From the NCBI RefSeq assembly GCF_009914755.1, contig NC_060926.1: a DNA stretch of 64,000 bases, one strand, 5' to 3'. The stretch comes from the human T2T-CHM13v2.0 reference genome, Homo sapiens. Positions 50,453-64,000 of this stretch are shown here, piece by piece (within the stretch, counting starts at the first letter, position 1; every line of letters starts with the position of its first letter). The notes beneath the pieces are model-generated. The model was given only the letters and a program-made list of their open reading frames with translations. It had not been told where the DNA came from and ran no database searches. The translations under genes and the position numbers were made by a program.

Positions 50453-52151
50453 GAATGAACTATAGCTGACAGCAGTTTGGAAACAACGATGTGCTGTGCA
50501 TATGCTACTTGTAACTATTTCTACCAAAAGGTTTTGAGACCCAGAGAAGTGGATGACACCCGCAGGTCCCACCCTCTGAGCTGGTCTGTCCTAGTACATT
50601 TCAGAATCATGGCTGCTGCCTCCTCTTCTTGGATCCACGGAGTATTGCATCTCAGCTTCTGAGACAGAAAGTCCTTTATATCTAACTTCAGTCTCACCTG
50701 CAGTGGCATAGCCAGCACCGAGCTCACTCCTGGCCTTATACAAACTAATGCGCATGGGTGCCAATCAGATTTTGTACCCCAGAATGCTCAGACCTGATAG
50801 GGGCTGGTCTCCATAGTGCCCCTCCCAATCCTGAGCTGCCTCATCTGCTCTTCTCAGCTCCCGTGGTGACCGCTGTGTCTGGCTCCTTTGTCTGCGAATT
50901 CTCCAGCCACCATAGACTTAGCCCTCATGTCTTTGGGGTATTTCTGCAAGTCTTAGGGAGAAATGGGTATGGGGAGAAAGGAGAGCAGGGAGCAGGGAGA
51001 AATGTCCTGCCTTTGAGAGAGAAGGCCTTCTAGCTTGTCACTTGACCTTGGTTGGCCAGGGCCTGTCTTCATCCCCTGCCAATGGAGATAATGAGACCTA
51101 CCTCCCAGGGTGAACACCTCTGAGCTCAGAGGCTCAGATAATACCAAAATGCGAGAAGGACTTGGCAGAGAAGAAAGACTTGAAATTCAGCCCCAGGGAT
51201 TGCTTGAAGAACACCACGTAGTGGAGAAGGGCTCTGATTCACCTAAGGGAGCTCAGGGCCAAGGGCCTGGCTTGCTGACCACTGGTCTGGGCTTCTCATG
51301 GACACGTGCTGTGCCAAAGCATGAGGCAGAAGGACAGACAACCCACCCCAACCTCAAAACAAAGGGCCCCCTGCCATGCTGTGTGTGGGTTGGTCTGTGG
51401 GCCTCTATATCTGCACACTAGTCTGTGCTATAGGGTGCAAGTGGAGGTCTCTCTGTGATTACAGGGGAGGCTATGTTGAACCACGCAGCTCTCTGGGCAT
51501 CTCTGTGTGTCTGCTGTGTGTCTGTGTGTCCCACTTCATGTCTCATGTGCATCTCTCTGTCTGTGTAGGTTGAAACATCTGTTTTTTATAAAGCAGTCCA
51601 AGATTTGTTATCTGTTAAATGGAAATGAGGCATCTTAGTCTCTAAGCATCTGGAAGCATGGTGATTGTTTTGTGAAGTGAGGGTGGGATGTCCACAAAGG
51701 CTTCAAAATCATTCCTCAATGCAAAAGTCTTAGCCTGGTATTCAAGGTTCTCTGCAGCCTAACACACACAGGTGTCCCCAGCACAGTTGTGCATTCTTAG
51801 TGGGCACAGGCAGGAGAGGCTGCCACTTCCTGGCCGTGTGACTTGAGGCTTGTCATTTCTCCTCTGCCCCTTATTCTGTCAAATGTAAAATGAGCTATGA
51901 AAAGTTGATTGCAGAGTGTAAAGTGTGGTGTGTACACAAAGGATGTTTCCTGGAGCCCCTCCTGGACTTTGGGTCCTCTATGCCTTTCCTCCTGTTGCTC
52001 CTGTGTCCTCCCTGCTTGAGCACCCTCCCCTGTTTCTCTGAATACTCAGGATCTGCCCAGCTTTGGCACTCAGCTCCCCTCTGCCTGCACTTCTCCTCCT
52101 CACCCCACACCCTTCCCCAGGTCCCCTCTGTCCTCATGATTTCATGAGGGT

Positions 52152-52156
<5 letters not shown>

Positions 52157-52184
<28 letters not shown>
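52157..52184. repeat. (GT)n microsatellite
   Basis: About 14 GT units. Confidence 0.93.
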
Positions 52185-52185
<1 letters not shown>

Positions 52186-53780
52186 ACGTGTGTGTATCGT
52201 GGGTATCTCTGTGTATGCATTTGGGTCTACCCTCTAGATATACCTTCAATTCATTCAGCAAATATTTCTTGAACACCTACCAGACATGGTGCTAACTGCT
52301 AGGAATTCAGTGTGAACAGGGCAGATGCAGGGCCATCACTAGCCCATTGGGCATCTGTGCAAATTAGAAACAGGTACCGTTGGGTAGATGCAGATCTGTG
52401 GCTGAATGGCTTGATGAGCAAATGATGCTTTTGTGCAGAGAAAAAGAGTGTTTTCCTCCTAGCAGGCACAGCCCCAAATTAAGATGCAAAGCTTGGGAAA
52501 TAGAGGTGGGGGTGAACTTTATCCTCCGTTCACCCCACCCCGGCTAAGCCAGGCACCTTTGTGCATTGAACAAACATACATCTAAAAAAGCAGCCCAGGA
52601 AATCTCTTACCTACCCTTGGCAGGTAGACCTCCAGCTTGGGGTGTGTCTGTGCACCTGTGTGCTGACTGTGTCTATTTCAGCCTGTGTGAGTCTGTGAGG
52701 TCTGTTGCACCTCTGTGTGCACATGTCCCTCCCTCTTGTGCTCCTCTTTGGACCTGTGTCTGTGGGGGTGGGGACTTACATGTAGTATAAGTGTATATGT
52801 GTGCACCTCCAGCTCTGACAGCCATTTCCTCAGCAGCCTGCAGATCTCTTCTTGGATGGCCACCTCATCTTCCCTAGTTGTTCCGTGTTCCCCAACTGAA
52901 CCCCATGTTCTCTGAAATCTTTCTTGCTGTCTCCCGCCAACCCCCCACCACCACACACTCCACAGCCTCAGGAACTCATACAGCAGAGGGGAGTCGAGCC
53001 ACTGGTACAGCCAGACCAAAGCTGGGTCCCGTCCTCCTGCAACCTGTTTCCACTTCTTCATTCTTTCTAAGAAAAGACTGAACCCCACGTGGGGCAGTGT
53101 GGAACAGGGAAAAGGACATAGCCATAACACAGAGGGCCTAGGTTCCTTCTGCCTCGGAGTCTCTGGGAGACCCTGGCTAGTTCCCTAACCTCTGCTGACC
53201 TCCTACCCATGTGGAACAGGATAAACTTCTTTGTTTTTTGCTAAATAAGTTTTGCCCAGTCTTGCCTCTGCACCTTTGCTCAGGCTGTTACCCTTGGGGC
53301 ATGCTCTTCCATCCGTCAAGACTGAGGGCCACCTCTCCTATAAATAGCAGCAGCAGCCCCCTTCTATAAACACTCACTGCACCCAGGCGTATGTGGAAAC
53401 ATGGATTGCACATATTGCTGTACACATGCCTGTTATACACACAATCTCAATCCTCACAACGATGTCATGAAATGGGTATTATTATTATTGTCCTAGTTTT
53501 AGAGGCAAGGAAACCAAGGCCCAGAAATGTTCAAGCACTTGCCCAAGGTCATGGTGCCTCACTAGCCTTCAAGGTAGTTGGGATTGGACTCTGCCTGACC
53601 CTTGGGCTCCTGCACTCACATCCTTGGGTCAGCCCCTGACCCCAGGGCTCACAATCAGCACTCCCGCTCTGAACACCTGTGGCCCTCTGGGCACAGCTGT
53701 GATCTGAACTCATAACCCCAAGCCATTGTCTTAAAAATCTATACTAAAATGAAAATTTTGTAACATTGTAGCTACCTCCC

Positions 53781-54140
53781 TGATATGGTTTGTCTCTGTG
53801 TCCCCACCAAATCTCATCTCAAATTATAATCCCCAACTATTAAGGGAAGGACCTGGTGGGAGGTGATTGTATCATGGGGGTAGATTTCCTCCATGCTGAT
53901 CTTGTGATTGTGAGTCCTCACAAGATCTGATGGTTTAAAAGTGCTTGGCAGTCCCCATCCACCCTGCCTCCTGCCACCATGTAAGACATGCCTTGCTTCC
54001 ACTTGACCTTCTGCCATGATTGTTTAAGTTTCCTGAGGCCTCCTAAGCCATGTGGAACTGTGAGTCAATTAAACCTTTTTTTTTATAAACTTCCCAGTCT
54101 CAGGTAGTTCTTTACAGCAGTATGAAAATGGACTAATACA
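53781..54140 (+). mobile_element. MSTA/THE1D-like (ERVL-MaLR) solo LTR
   Basis: TGATATGG...GGACTAATACA termini with perfect 5-bp TSD CTCCC at 53776-53780 / 54141-54145. Confidence 0.92.
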
Positions 54141-54220
54141 CTCCCTGGCTAAATTGTATGTTTCTGAAAGTAAGTACTATGTCTTTCAGCCATTTGTTTC
54201 TTCAGTTCCTTATGCCTAGA

Positions 54221-54308
54221 AGGTGGTGGTGGTGATGATGGTGATATGGTAATGGTGGTGAGGATGATGATCATGATGGTAGTGATGGTGGTGATGATGG
54301 TGATGATG
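54221..54308. repeat. (GGT/GAT)n degenerate trinucleotide repeat
   Basis: Mixed GGT/GAT units; produces the poly-His run in minus ORF 54216..54566. Confidence 0.9.
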
Positions 54309-55549
54309 AATCATCCTTCTGCCCACAGCTACTTCCCAGTCTGTCTCCCGGGCCACGAGGTCACGGTGTGACCTAGAAGAGCAGTGATTCTTGTAGAGAA
54401 TTTCCTGATTTGGGAGGAGAAACTGTGGGCAGCTGTGGCCCTCTGGCCTGGCTATGCCAAAGAAGCTTCTGCACCCTTGAGGACAGAAGTAGAGAGGGCT
54501 GCTCCCTCCCTCCTCCTGAAGCCCCAGGTCTTTGCCAGCCCTCCTACTCTGACTCCCCCAGGGCACTAGGCTTTACAGGCCTCGATGGATAGGAAGTAGG
54601 TAGGAGGAGGACCTCCTGCTTCTTCTGTGGCTAGAGTATAAAGCTTTGTTGTCCTTGCAGTATGTTCAGAAACCCCATTCCCACAGAGGCCTGGACCAGG
54701 TGGAGCTGACCTCCTGAGGGCAGCCTGGTTGGATGGTCCGGGCCTGGGAGTCACCTTAGAGGTGCCTGACAGGTGCCACAGGATCTGGGCTGTGATGCCT
54801 CAGCTCACCTGAAATCAGCTGCCCAAGTCCTAGCATCTGAGAGGCTCAGTAATAGCAGCTATGGGATCACAATTCTCTGCAATTTAGCAAATAATCAAGG
54901 ACATGGCAAGCACCAGACACTGAGTGGGAAGGCTTTGAGATGCATTTCCTGCCCTATGCATAGGTGAGCTAGATACACACAGTCTGCTCACACCGGAAAT
55001 GGGTGATACATTCAGAAAGCGGTGCTGGGTAGCAGCAGTGCTGTGCTAAGTTCAGGAGGGGAGGGCATGGTGAGCCAGAGGAGTCTGGGAAGGCAACACA
55101 GAGGAAGGAGCTGGCGGTTGACAGGGGAGAAGGCTCGGGGGATCTAAAAGGTTATCCTTGGGGTAATGTGCCCACTATTTTGTAACATGATGGTTTCCAT
55201 CTCCCTCTACAGTGGATAGAGGCTGGGCCCTGGCATGGGCTCCTCATAAACATAGAGGTACCCTCTCAAGATAGACCTGACATCTAATGTTGACACTACT
55301 GACTTCTAGGTGTGTGAACCTGGGAATGTTATTTCACATCTCTGAGGCTCAGTTTCCTCATCTGTAAAACAGAGATAATGACTCTTACCTCTGATGCTTG
55401 TTTATTTTTGAGTCCATCATTCTCTGGAGTGAGATAGCACTCTCAAGAGAAACTTCTAATCTTTCCCTAATTTGAATGAGGTAGAGAATGGTACTGTTTG
55501 GATTCCTTGACTTCTATCAAAAAGTATTTATTTTCTCACCAAAAAAACC

Positions 55550-55830
55550 CAAATATGTACTATCTCACTAATATGAGGTACTCAGAGTCGTCAAAATCAT
55601 AGAGACAGAAAGTAGATGGGTGGCTTCCAGGGATTGGGGGAAGTAGGGGATGCAGTTTCATTTAATGGGTACAGGGTTTCTGTTTTATGGAAAAGTTATG
55701 GGATAGATATTAGTGATGATTAAACAATATTATGAACATCTTTAATATCACTAACCTGTACACTTAAAAATGGATAAGATAGTAATTTTATGTGTATGTA
55801 TTTTACCATAATAAAAAAAAATTGGGAAAA
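55550..55830 (+). mobile_element. L1MB-like 3' end
   Basis: GTCAAAATCATAGAGACAGAAAGTAGA...TTTAATGGGTACAGGGTTTC...TGTACACTTAAAAATGG...ATTTTACCATAATAAAAAAA. Confidence 0.8.
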
Positions 55831-56188
55831 AAGGTACTGAAGTCCATAATTTTGCCCTGTGTTCTGTGTCATGAGGGAAGCAGAGGATGGCCTTTGGAAT
55901 CTTCAAGCCTCTTTTGAGATACAAGGTTGGTCTTGGTTATAAGACTGGCTCTGAAGAGACAAGATTGTGCCTTGCCACAGTCCAGGGCAGTGTAGACAAA
56001 CTGCACAGGCCAGACAGCAAGGTCTGTAGCGGCTTATAAAAGAGGACAGCAATAAGGGCTGGAGAAACCAGGATATACTGCTGTAGAGGCTGGTACTTGA
56101 ATGGAACTTTTGACTTTGTTAAAATGGCCCAGCATGTTTTATATGGATGATCTTTCTGCCTATCCTTTGAATAATTTTTATGTTCGCA

Positions 56189-56737
56189 TGTAAGTTATCT
56201 ATTGCTGCCTAACAAATTATGCCAAAATATAGTGGCTTAAAACAACAAATATTTATTATCTCATAGTTCCTCAGGATTAAGAATTCTGGAATGGCTTAGC
56301 TGGGTGATTCTGACTTGGATCTCTCATGGGATTGCAGTCAAGATGTCAGTAGGGGCTGCACTGTAATCTGAAGTCTTGACTGTGCTGGAGAATTCATTTC
56401 TAAGTTCATGCCCATGACTGTTGGCAGAAGGACTCCGTTCTGCACTGGCTGTTAGCTGAGACTGCAGTTCCTTACTATATGGGCTATTTGAGTGTCCTCA
56501 CAACATGGTAGTTGGCTTCTTTCAAAGTGAGTAATTCGAGAAGGGCAGGGCAAGGAGGAAGCTACACTGCCTTTTATGACCTCATCTTTGAATTACACAC
56601 CATCACTTCCACTCTTTCCTATTCATTAGCAGCTGTCACTAAGTACAGCCCACACTCAAGGGCAGAAGGGAATTAGACTTCACCTGTGCAAGGGAGGCAT
56701 ATCACCAAATTTGTAAACATATTTTCAGACCATCACA
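56189..56737 (-). mobile_element. MLT1-family solo LTR
   Basis: TGTAAGTTATCTATTGCTGCCTAACAAATTATGCCAAAATATAGTGGCTTAAAACAAC ... CAGACCATCACA. Confidence 0.75.
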
Positions 56738-57207
56738 ATTATGGATTTTTTTTTCTTTTTAACTGAAAAAATGTTAAACAAAGCATACAGAATAGGATAA
56801 TGAACTCCCATATACCCATCATCCAGCTTCCAATTATGAACACAGGCCAGTATTTACCAGCTTTATGGAGGTATGCCTGGCATACAATAAACTGCAGATA
56901 ATGAAGAGCACAATCTGTTAGTTTTGACATATGCTTACACCCATGGAATCATCACCACATTCAAGATAATGAGCATACCCAGACCATCAAAATTTCGTTG
57001 TGCACCTGTTTGCTTCTCATTCACTTTTCTGCCTACTTTGTTATGCCGTTTTTAATATATAGACTGTAAAACTCCATTTGCAAAAGTCTATTGTGAGGAG
57101 AGCACACCAGCAGGAAGGATTCTTAAACTATTCTTTATGAGTTTTTCTGTTGGTTTTGCTAGTTAATGGTGAAATACAGGACCCACCATTTTTGCAGATT
57201 CATCTGA

Positions 57208-57555
<348 letters not shown>

Positions 57556-58815
57556 TGAAGTAGCCCTGCTCCTCTCAAAATTGATCAGAATCTGAGCTTC
57601 AGTCGACAGGCAGTGAGATCAACAGCCCATTTGGCTCTGCCTTTCAGAGCATTTGGTACTGCTTTCAGAAAGTACGATTTCTGAAGGGGTGCGCATTTCA
57701 TGGATTTGCACATGCCGCTCTGTTTGTTAAAGTGCATTCTTCTTTCCAAAAATAAACAAGAGGAATCATCTTTATCCTCTTTAAGCAAGGCACTTAAAAA
57801 ATGAACTTTTTGGTTTCTCAGCAGATATTCTCAAATTGATTCTATCACTATTAATTTTAGCCTTCTGTTTACAAACATGTATAGGGTTACAGGTGGAGGG
57901 AACCTTATAAAATTAAAGATGTGGCTTCTCTTGAAGCAAAAATCAGTTCAACAAATTCATACAGAGATATATACACTTGGTTTACAATGCATAAGCATGT
58001 GGATATTTACACAGAGATTGAAGACATCCCCCTCGGAAAAAAACCCCATTTAAAGTAATTTCCGGCCTAAACTCTCATTGTACATCTATATCAGAAAACT
58101 GTCTCCTGCTATCAGATTTGGTTTTAATTCATTCAAATTATTTCTGTACATTCTCTCCTGGCAGAACGTCAGTCCCAGCTTTGGAAGGAAGAATCCAGCT
58201 TAAGGAAGCCCTTTGTGCCCCTTGGTAATTCATTTTTTGCCTCCCACCCTACCTTCATCTCCAGGTGACCACTGATCTGCTTATAAAATAGTTCACATTC
58301 TCTAGAATATTATAGAAACAAAATCATACAGCATGTACTCTTTTTGTTGGATTCTTTCACTCAGCTCAATTATTTTGAGATTCATCTATGGTGTTGTGTC
58401 TATCAATAGCGTATTCGTTTTTATTGCTAAGTAGTATTCCACTGTAGGTATATATTACTATTTGTTTATCCATTCATCTGTTGATGGGTATTTGCATTGT
58501 TTCTGGTTGTGGCCATTACAAACAAAGCTACTGTGAATATATGTGTACAAGTCTTTGGGTATACATATGATTTCATTGCTCTTGGGCAAGTGTCTAGCAG
58601 TGGAATGACTGGTTTATATGGTAGGGTATACTTAACTTTTTAGAAAACTACCAGACTATTTTGTAAAGTGGTTGTGCCATTTTATATTCCCAGCAGCAGT
58701 GTGCAGGAGTTAGCTCTTCCACCTCATCACCAACACCTGACATGATCAGTCTTTCTGATTTTAGACATACTAAAATTAGTAGTGGCATTTCATTGTGGTT
58801 TTAATTTACATTTCA

Positions 58816-59134
<319 letters not shown>

Positions 59135-59629
59135 CTAATGAAGTTTAACTTCTTTTCATGTGCTTATTTGTCATCCTCTTACTGTCTTTGGTAAAGTGTT
59201 TGCTGACAGGTTCTGCTCATTTTTTATTGGGTTGTTTGCTTACTTCCAGTAGAGGTTTTATTTTTCTTTCGAGGTAACACCCAGAACTATTTTTTAAAGC
59301 ACTTTTTTGAGGTCTGATTGACATATAAAAAGCTGTACATATTTAATGCATGTAACTTGACATAAGTATATGTTTGTGACATTATCACCACAATCTATGG
59401 TATAAATATGTCCAGCATCTCCAAATGTTTCCTACCACCCTCTTTACTTATTATTAGGCTATATTATTGTTATTATTATTGTTATTTTTACTGTTTTTAT
59501 AAAGTTTTGAGAGGTCTTCCTATATTCTGGATAAAAGTCCTGTTTTAGAAATGTGATTTGCAAGTATTTTTTCCCAGTCTATAACTTCTCTTTTCATACT
59601 CTTAAATGTCTTTTAAAGAGAGGTTCTAT

Positions 59630-59989
<360 letters not shown>

Positions 59990-60729
59990 TGAAAATTTCT
60001 TTTTAAATAAAAGGGAACATGTTTTTTGGTGCTGTTCATAAGAATTCTTTGCCCAACCCTAGGTCATAAAGGTTTTCTGGTATGTTTTCCTCTAGAACTT
60101 TTATAATTTCAGGTTTTACATTGAGGTCTATGATCCATTTTGAGTTAAGTTTTGTATATGGTTCAAAGTATGTGTCAAAGGGTTTTTTGGGTTTTTTTTT
60201 TTTTTTTGCATACATACATCCAGTTTTTCCAGAATTGTTTTTTGAAAATACTATCCTTTCTTTACCTTTGTTGAAAATCAACTGGCCATCTATCTGTGGA
60301 TCTAATCCTGGACTCTATAATTTTCTCTTCATCTGTTTACTTATCTTTAAATCAAAACACACTTTATTAATTACTGTAGTTTTATAATGAGATTTTTCCT
60401 GTTTTTAAAACCTGAGACATAATTCTTGTATCACAATATTCATCTTCCTAAGTACACGATTTAGTGGGGCTTATGTATGAACAAAGTTGTGCAGCCATCA
60501 CGACCATTTAATTCCAGAACATTTGCGTCACACTCCCAAAAAAACCTGTACCCATTAGCAGTCATTGCTTGTTCCCCACCCCTTTGCCCTTAGTGGCTAC
60601 GAATCTACTTTGCCTCTATGAGTTTACATGCAATGGTATGGTCGCCTCTCACAACTAATTTTCCCTTCCTTCCCCACTTATTAGGTAATAATAATACTGA
60701 ATCCTGCATCCTTCATTTCCTTGTACCCC

Positions 60730-63125
60730 TTTTTTCTTTTTTTAAACTTTCCAACTTTTAGGTTCAAGGGATACATGTGCAGGTTTGTTACATGGGTAAA
60801 CTGCACGTTGCAGGGGTTTGGTATACAGATAATTTTGTCACCCAAGTACTCAGCGTAACACCCAACAGGTAACTCCCACTCTCCACCCTCAAGTAGGCCC
60901 TGGGGTCTGTTGTTCCCTTATTTGTGTCCATGTGTACTCAATGTTCAGCTTCCACTTATGAGAACATGCAGCATTTGGTTTTCTGTTCCTGTGTTAAGTT
61001 GCTTAGGATAATAGCCTCCAGCTCCATTCACGTTGTCGCAAAGGACATGATCTCATTCTTTTTATGGCTGCGTAGTATTCCATGATGTATATGTACCGCA
61101 TTTTCTTTAGCCTGTCCACTGTTGATAGACATCTAGGTTGATTCCGTGTCTTTGCTGTTGTGAATAGCGCTATTGTTGGAAATGCTTGTTCCCCGGTGCC
61201 ATAGAGAAATAGCACTTGAACATAAATTTAATTTACTCAGCAAGGCCATTTTTACTTCCTGCAGAAAGAGTACACTTGTCGGCAGTTTTGCCACGAGAGT
61301 ACACCGAACAAAGGAGAAGGGTATTTATAACCTGATGCGTCCACCTTACTGTTGTATCTGGTTTCCATTGGCTGGAACGGGACCTCACATTCTGTATTTG
61401 TCCTGATTGGCTAGCAACTTAGAACTTTTTTAAAGAGGCAAAGGCAGAGGAGAACAAAGGAAGGAGGAAGTAACTTGTGGAATGCTGAGAAAGGTAAAAA
61501 ACACCTTCAAATAAGGAAGAGGAACAGGCTATTATCTAATGCTTGCTTGGACCAGTATAAGCATGCCAGGGCAAATATTTAGGCTAAATTGTGGGAGCTA
61601 AGAACATAAAGTACATTGATTTATTTATCATGGCTAGCAGATATTTAGGACTGCTAGCACAGGTCTTTGAATAAATTTTGCTTCTAAGAGAAGTTACTAT
61701 TTTTTCCTAATTAAATGGGGAGGAAAGTCTTTGAAGAGGAACCTCTGCTTTACTTTTTACACTATGATGAACATACACATTCATGTGTATTTATGGCAGA
61801 ATGATTTCTATTCCTTTGGGTATACACCCAATAATGAAATTGCTGGGTCAAATGGTAGCTCTATGTTAAGTTCTTTGAGAAATCTCCAAACTGCTTTCCA
61901 CTGTGGCCAAACTAATTTACATTCCCACCAGCAGTGTATAGATAAGCATTCTCTTTTCTCGACAGCCTCACCAGCATCTGTCATTTTTTAACTTTTTCAG
62001 TAATAGCCATTCTGACTGGTGTGAGATGGTATCTCATTATGGTTTTGATTTGCATTTCCCTAATGATTAGTGATTACATTGAGCTTTTTTTGGTATGCTT
62101 GTTGGCCACAATGATTGTTGTTATAAGTCTTCTTTTGAGAAGTGTCTGTTCAATGTCTTTTCCCATTTTTAAATGGGATTATTTGTTTGTTGCTTGTTGA
62201 TTTGTTTAAGTTCCTTACATATTATGGATATTAGACCTTTGTCAGATTCATAGTTTGCAAATATTTTCTCCCACTCTGTAGGCTCTGTTTAATCTGCTGA
62301 TAGTGTCTTTTGCTGTGCAGAAGCTCGTTAGTTTAATTAGGCTCCATGTGTCAATTTTTGGTTTTGTTGCAATTGCTTTTGAGAACTTAGTCATAAATTC
62401 TTTCCCAAGGCTGATGTCCAGAATGGTGTTTCCTAGGAATCTTATAGTTTGAGGTCTTATATTTAAATCTTTGACCCATCTTGAGGTAATTTTTCTATAC
62501 AGTTAAAGGTAAGGGTACAGTTTCATTCTCCTGCATGTAGCCAGCCAGCTATCCTAGTACCATTTATTGAATAGGGAGTCCTTTTCCCATTCCCTATTTT
62601 TGTTGACTTTGTTGAAAATCAGATTGTTGTAGGTGTGTGGCTTTATTTCTGGGTTTTCTATTCTGTTCCATTGGTCTATGTATCTGTTTTTGTACCAGTA
62701 CCATGCTGTTTTGGTTATTGTAGCCTTGTAGTATAGTTTGAAGTCAGGTAATGTGATACCTCCAGCTTTGTTCTTTTTGCTTAGGATTGCTTTGGCTATT
62801 TGGGCTCTTTTTTGCTTCCACATAAATTTTAGAGTAGTTTTTTCTAGTTCTGTGAAACATGTCATTGGTAGCTTGATAAGAATAACATTGAATCTATAGG
62901 TTGCTTTGGGCAGTATGGCCATTTTAACAATATTGATTTTTCATATCCATGAGCATGGGATATTTTTCCATTTGTTGGTGTCATCTATGATTTCTTTTGT
63001 TTTACCTGTCTGGTTAGCTGTTATTCTTAGGCATTTTATTTATTTTGCAGCTATTGTAAATGGGATTGTATTCTCGATTTGGCTCTCAGCTTGGATCTTA
63101 TTGGTGTGTAGAAATGCTCTTGTAC
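60730..63125 (-). mobile_element. L1PA15/16-like LINE 3' part, split by an LTR10
   Basis: Reverse 3' UTR; ORF2 remnant 62554..62922 ([12 protein letters not shown]...[14 protein letters not shown]...DSLFNKW). Confidence 0.88.
61174..61761 (-). mobile_element. LTR10C-like ERV1 solo LTR (588 bp)
   Basis: TG...CA termini, 4-bp TSD CTAT at 61170-61173 / 61762-61765 (ERV1-typical), inserted in L1; resembles recalled LTR10C (minus strand begins TGTAAAAAGTAAAGCAGAGGTTCCTCTTCAAAG). Confidence 0.8.
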
Positions 63126-63129
63126 TGCT

Positions 63130-63955
63130 TTTTAATATTATTATTGTATCCATATAACTTCTTAAATGTAATCTTAAAATTTTTACCTAACTTTGTAAAA
63201 GTGATGTTATGCTGCATGTAGTCTGGGGAAAGTTACATTTTTCACTTGATATTATACTGCTTAGGTTTATTCATATTATTGTCTATCACTACAGTTTATT
63301 TATTTTAATCCCTATGTGAGAATATGCCAGAGTATGATCTTCCACTCTCTGGAGATAGACATTTGGATTGTTTCCAGACTTTGGCTATTGTAAACAGCTC
63401 TGCTATGAACTCTTACATGTGTTTCCTGAGTACATGTGAGTGAGTGAAAATCTGGGGCATAGATTATGTTTATTTTCAACTTTAGAAAATAGTGCAAAGC
63501 TGTTTTATAGAAATGGTTTCACCAATTTATGCTCCCACTAGTAATGTACAAGAGACCCTGGAAATGTGGATCCACACACTCTAAAAACTTGATATTGTTT
63601 GACTTTTAAAATATTTCCCAATTGAATGGATGCAAAACAGTGTTTCATTATGATCTTGATTTGTGTTTCCTAATCAGCAATGATGTTGAACATCTTTGCA
63701 TGTTTATTGGCCATATGGTTTCCCTTCTGTGAAATCTCTGGTCATGTCTCTTGTCCATCCTTCTGTTGGGTTGAGTGGGTCTATCCTCTTATTTAAAATG
63801 GTTGTTATATATATGAAAATATTCTTGATACTAATCTTTGTCAGTTGCGTATATTGCAAATATCTTCTCCCAATGTATAATTTATCTTTTTTACTTTAAA
63901 TTGTCTCTTGAAAAACAAAAATTCTTACTTTTAATATAATCAAATCAATTTATCA
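63130..63955 (-). mobile_element. Degenerate L1ME-type 3' region
   Basis: GACATTTGGATTGTTTCCAG, AATGATGTTGAACATCTTTGCATGTTTATTGGCCAT, TTGCAAATATCTTCTCCCA. Confidence 0.7.
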
Positions 63956-63967
63956 TATATGTATTTT

Positions 63968-64000
63968 TGTTGTTGTTGTTGTTGTTGTTGTTTTTTGAGA
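63968..64000 (-). repeat. (TTG)n tract, probably the tail of an Alu continuing beyond the window
   Basis: (GTT)n followed by TTTTTTGAGA. Confidence 0.6.

Noticed and set aside
54216-54566. Minus-strand ORF with a poly-histidine tract
   Set aside because: The His run is the translation of a degenerate (CAT/CAC)n microsatellite; the rest has no recognisable protein features.
57664-57685. TTCAGAAA-gtacga-TTTCTGAA stem-loop
   Set aside because: A single 8-bp AT-rich stem is within chance expectation.

Overview
Human (or closely related great-ape) genomic DNA, not prokaryotic. The window opens in the last coding exon of protein kinase C epsilon (PRKCE, + strand; ...[26 protein letters not shown], stop at 81-83). 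A ~3.1 kb 3' UTR follows, ending near AATAAA at 3168. The remaining ~61 kb is intergenic; from recall this is the PRKCE-EPAS1 interval on 2p21, but EPAS1 itself is not in the window. It is dominated by transposon fossils: about 20 Alu copies, L1s of many ages, L2/MIR, MaLR and ERV1 solo LTRs, and hAT/mariner DNA elements. I found no other intact host gene, and the ORF-track ORFs are repeat-derived or chance. I do not see a new multi-gene biological system. The most interesting items are: (1) an L1PA4/5-like element carrying both a 3' transduction and a separate polyadenylated ~630 bp block of much older DNA inside ORF2; (2) a 32-bp-arm fold-back hairpin plus two abutting hairpins near an L1 orientation switch; (3) a decayed UBA52 (ubiquitin-eL40) retrocopy missed by the ORF track; (4) a 37-nt hairpin-like motif present both inside the PRKCE 3' UTR and just past its poly(A) site; (5) ~0.9 kb of unrecognised sequence inserted in an old L1; (6) an LTR10C-like solo LTR with four in-register p53-like half-sites. 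Repeat subfamily names come from recalled consensus features, and boundaries of old repeats are approximate.
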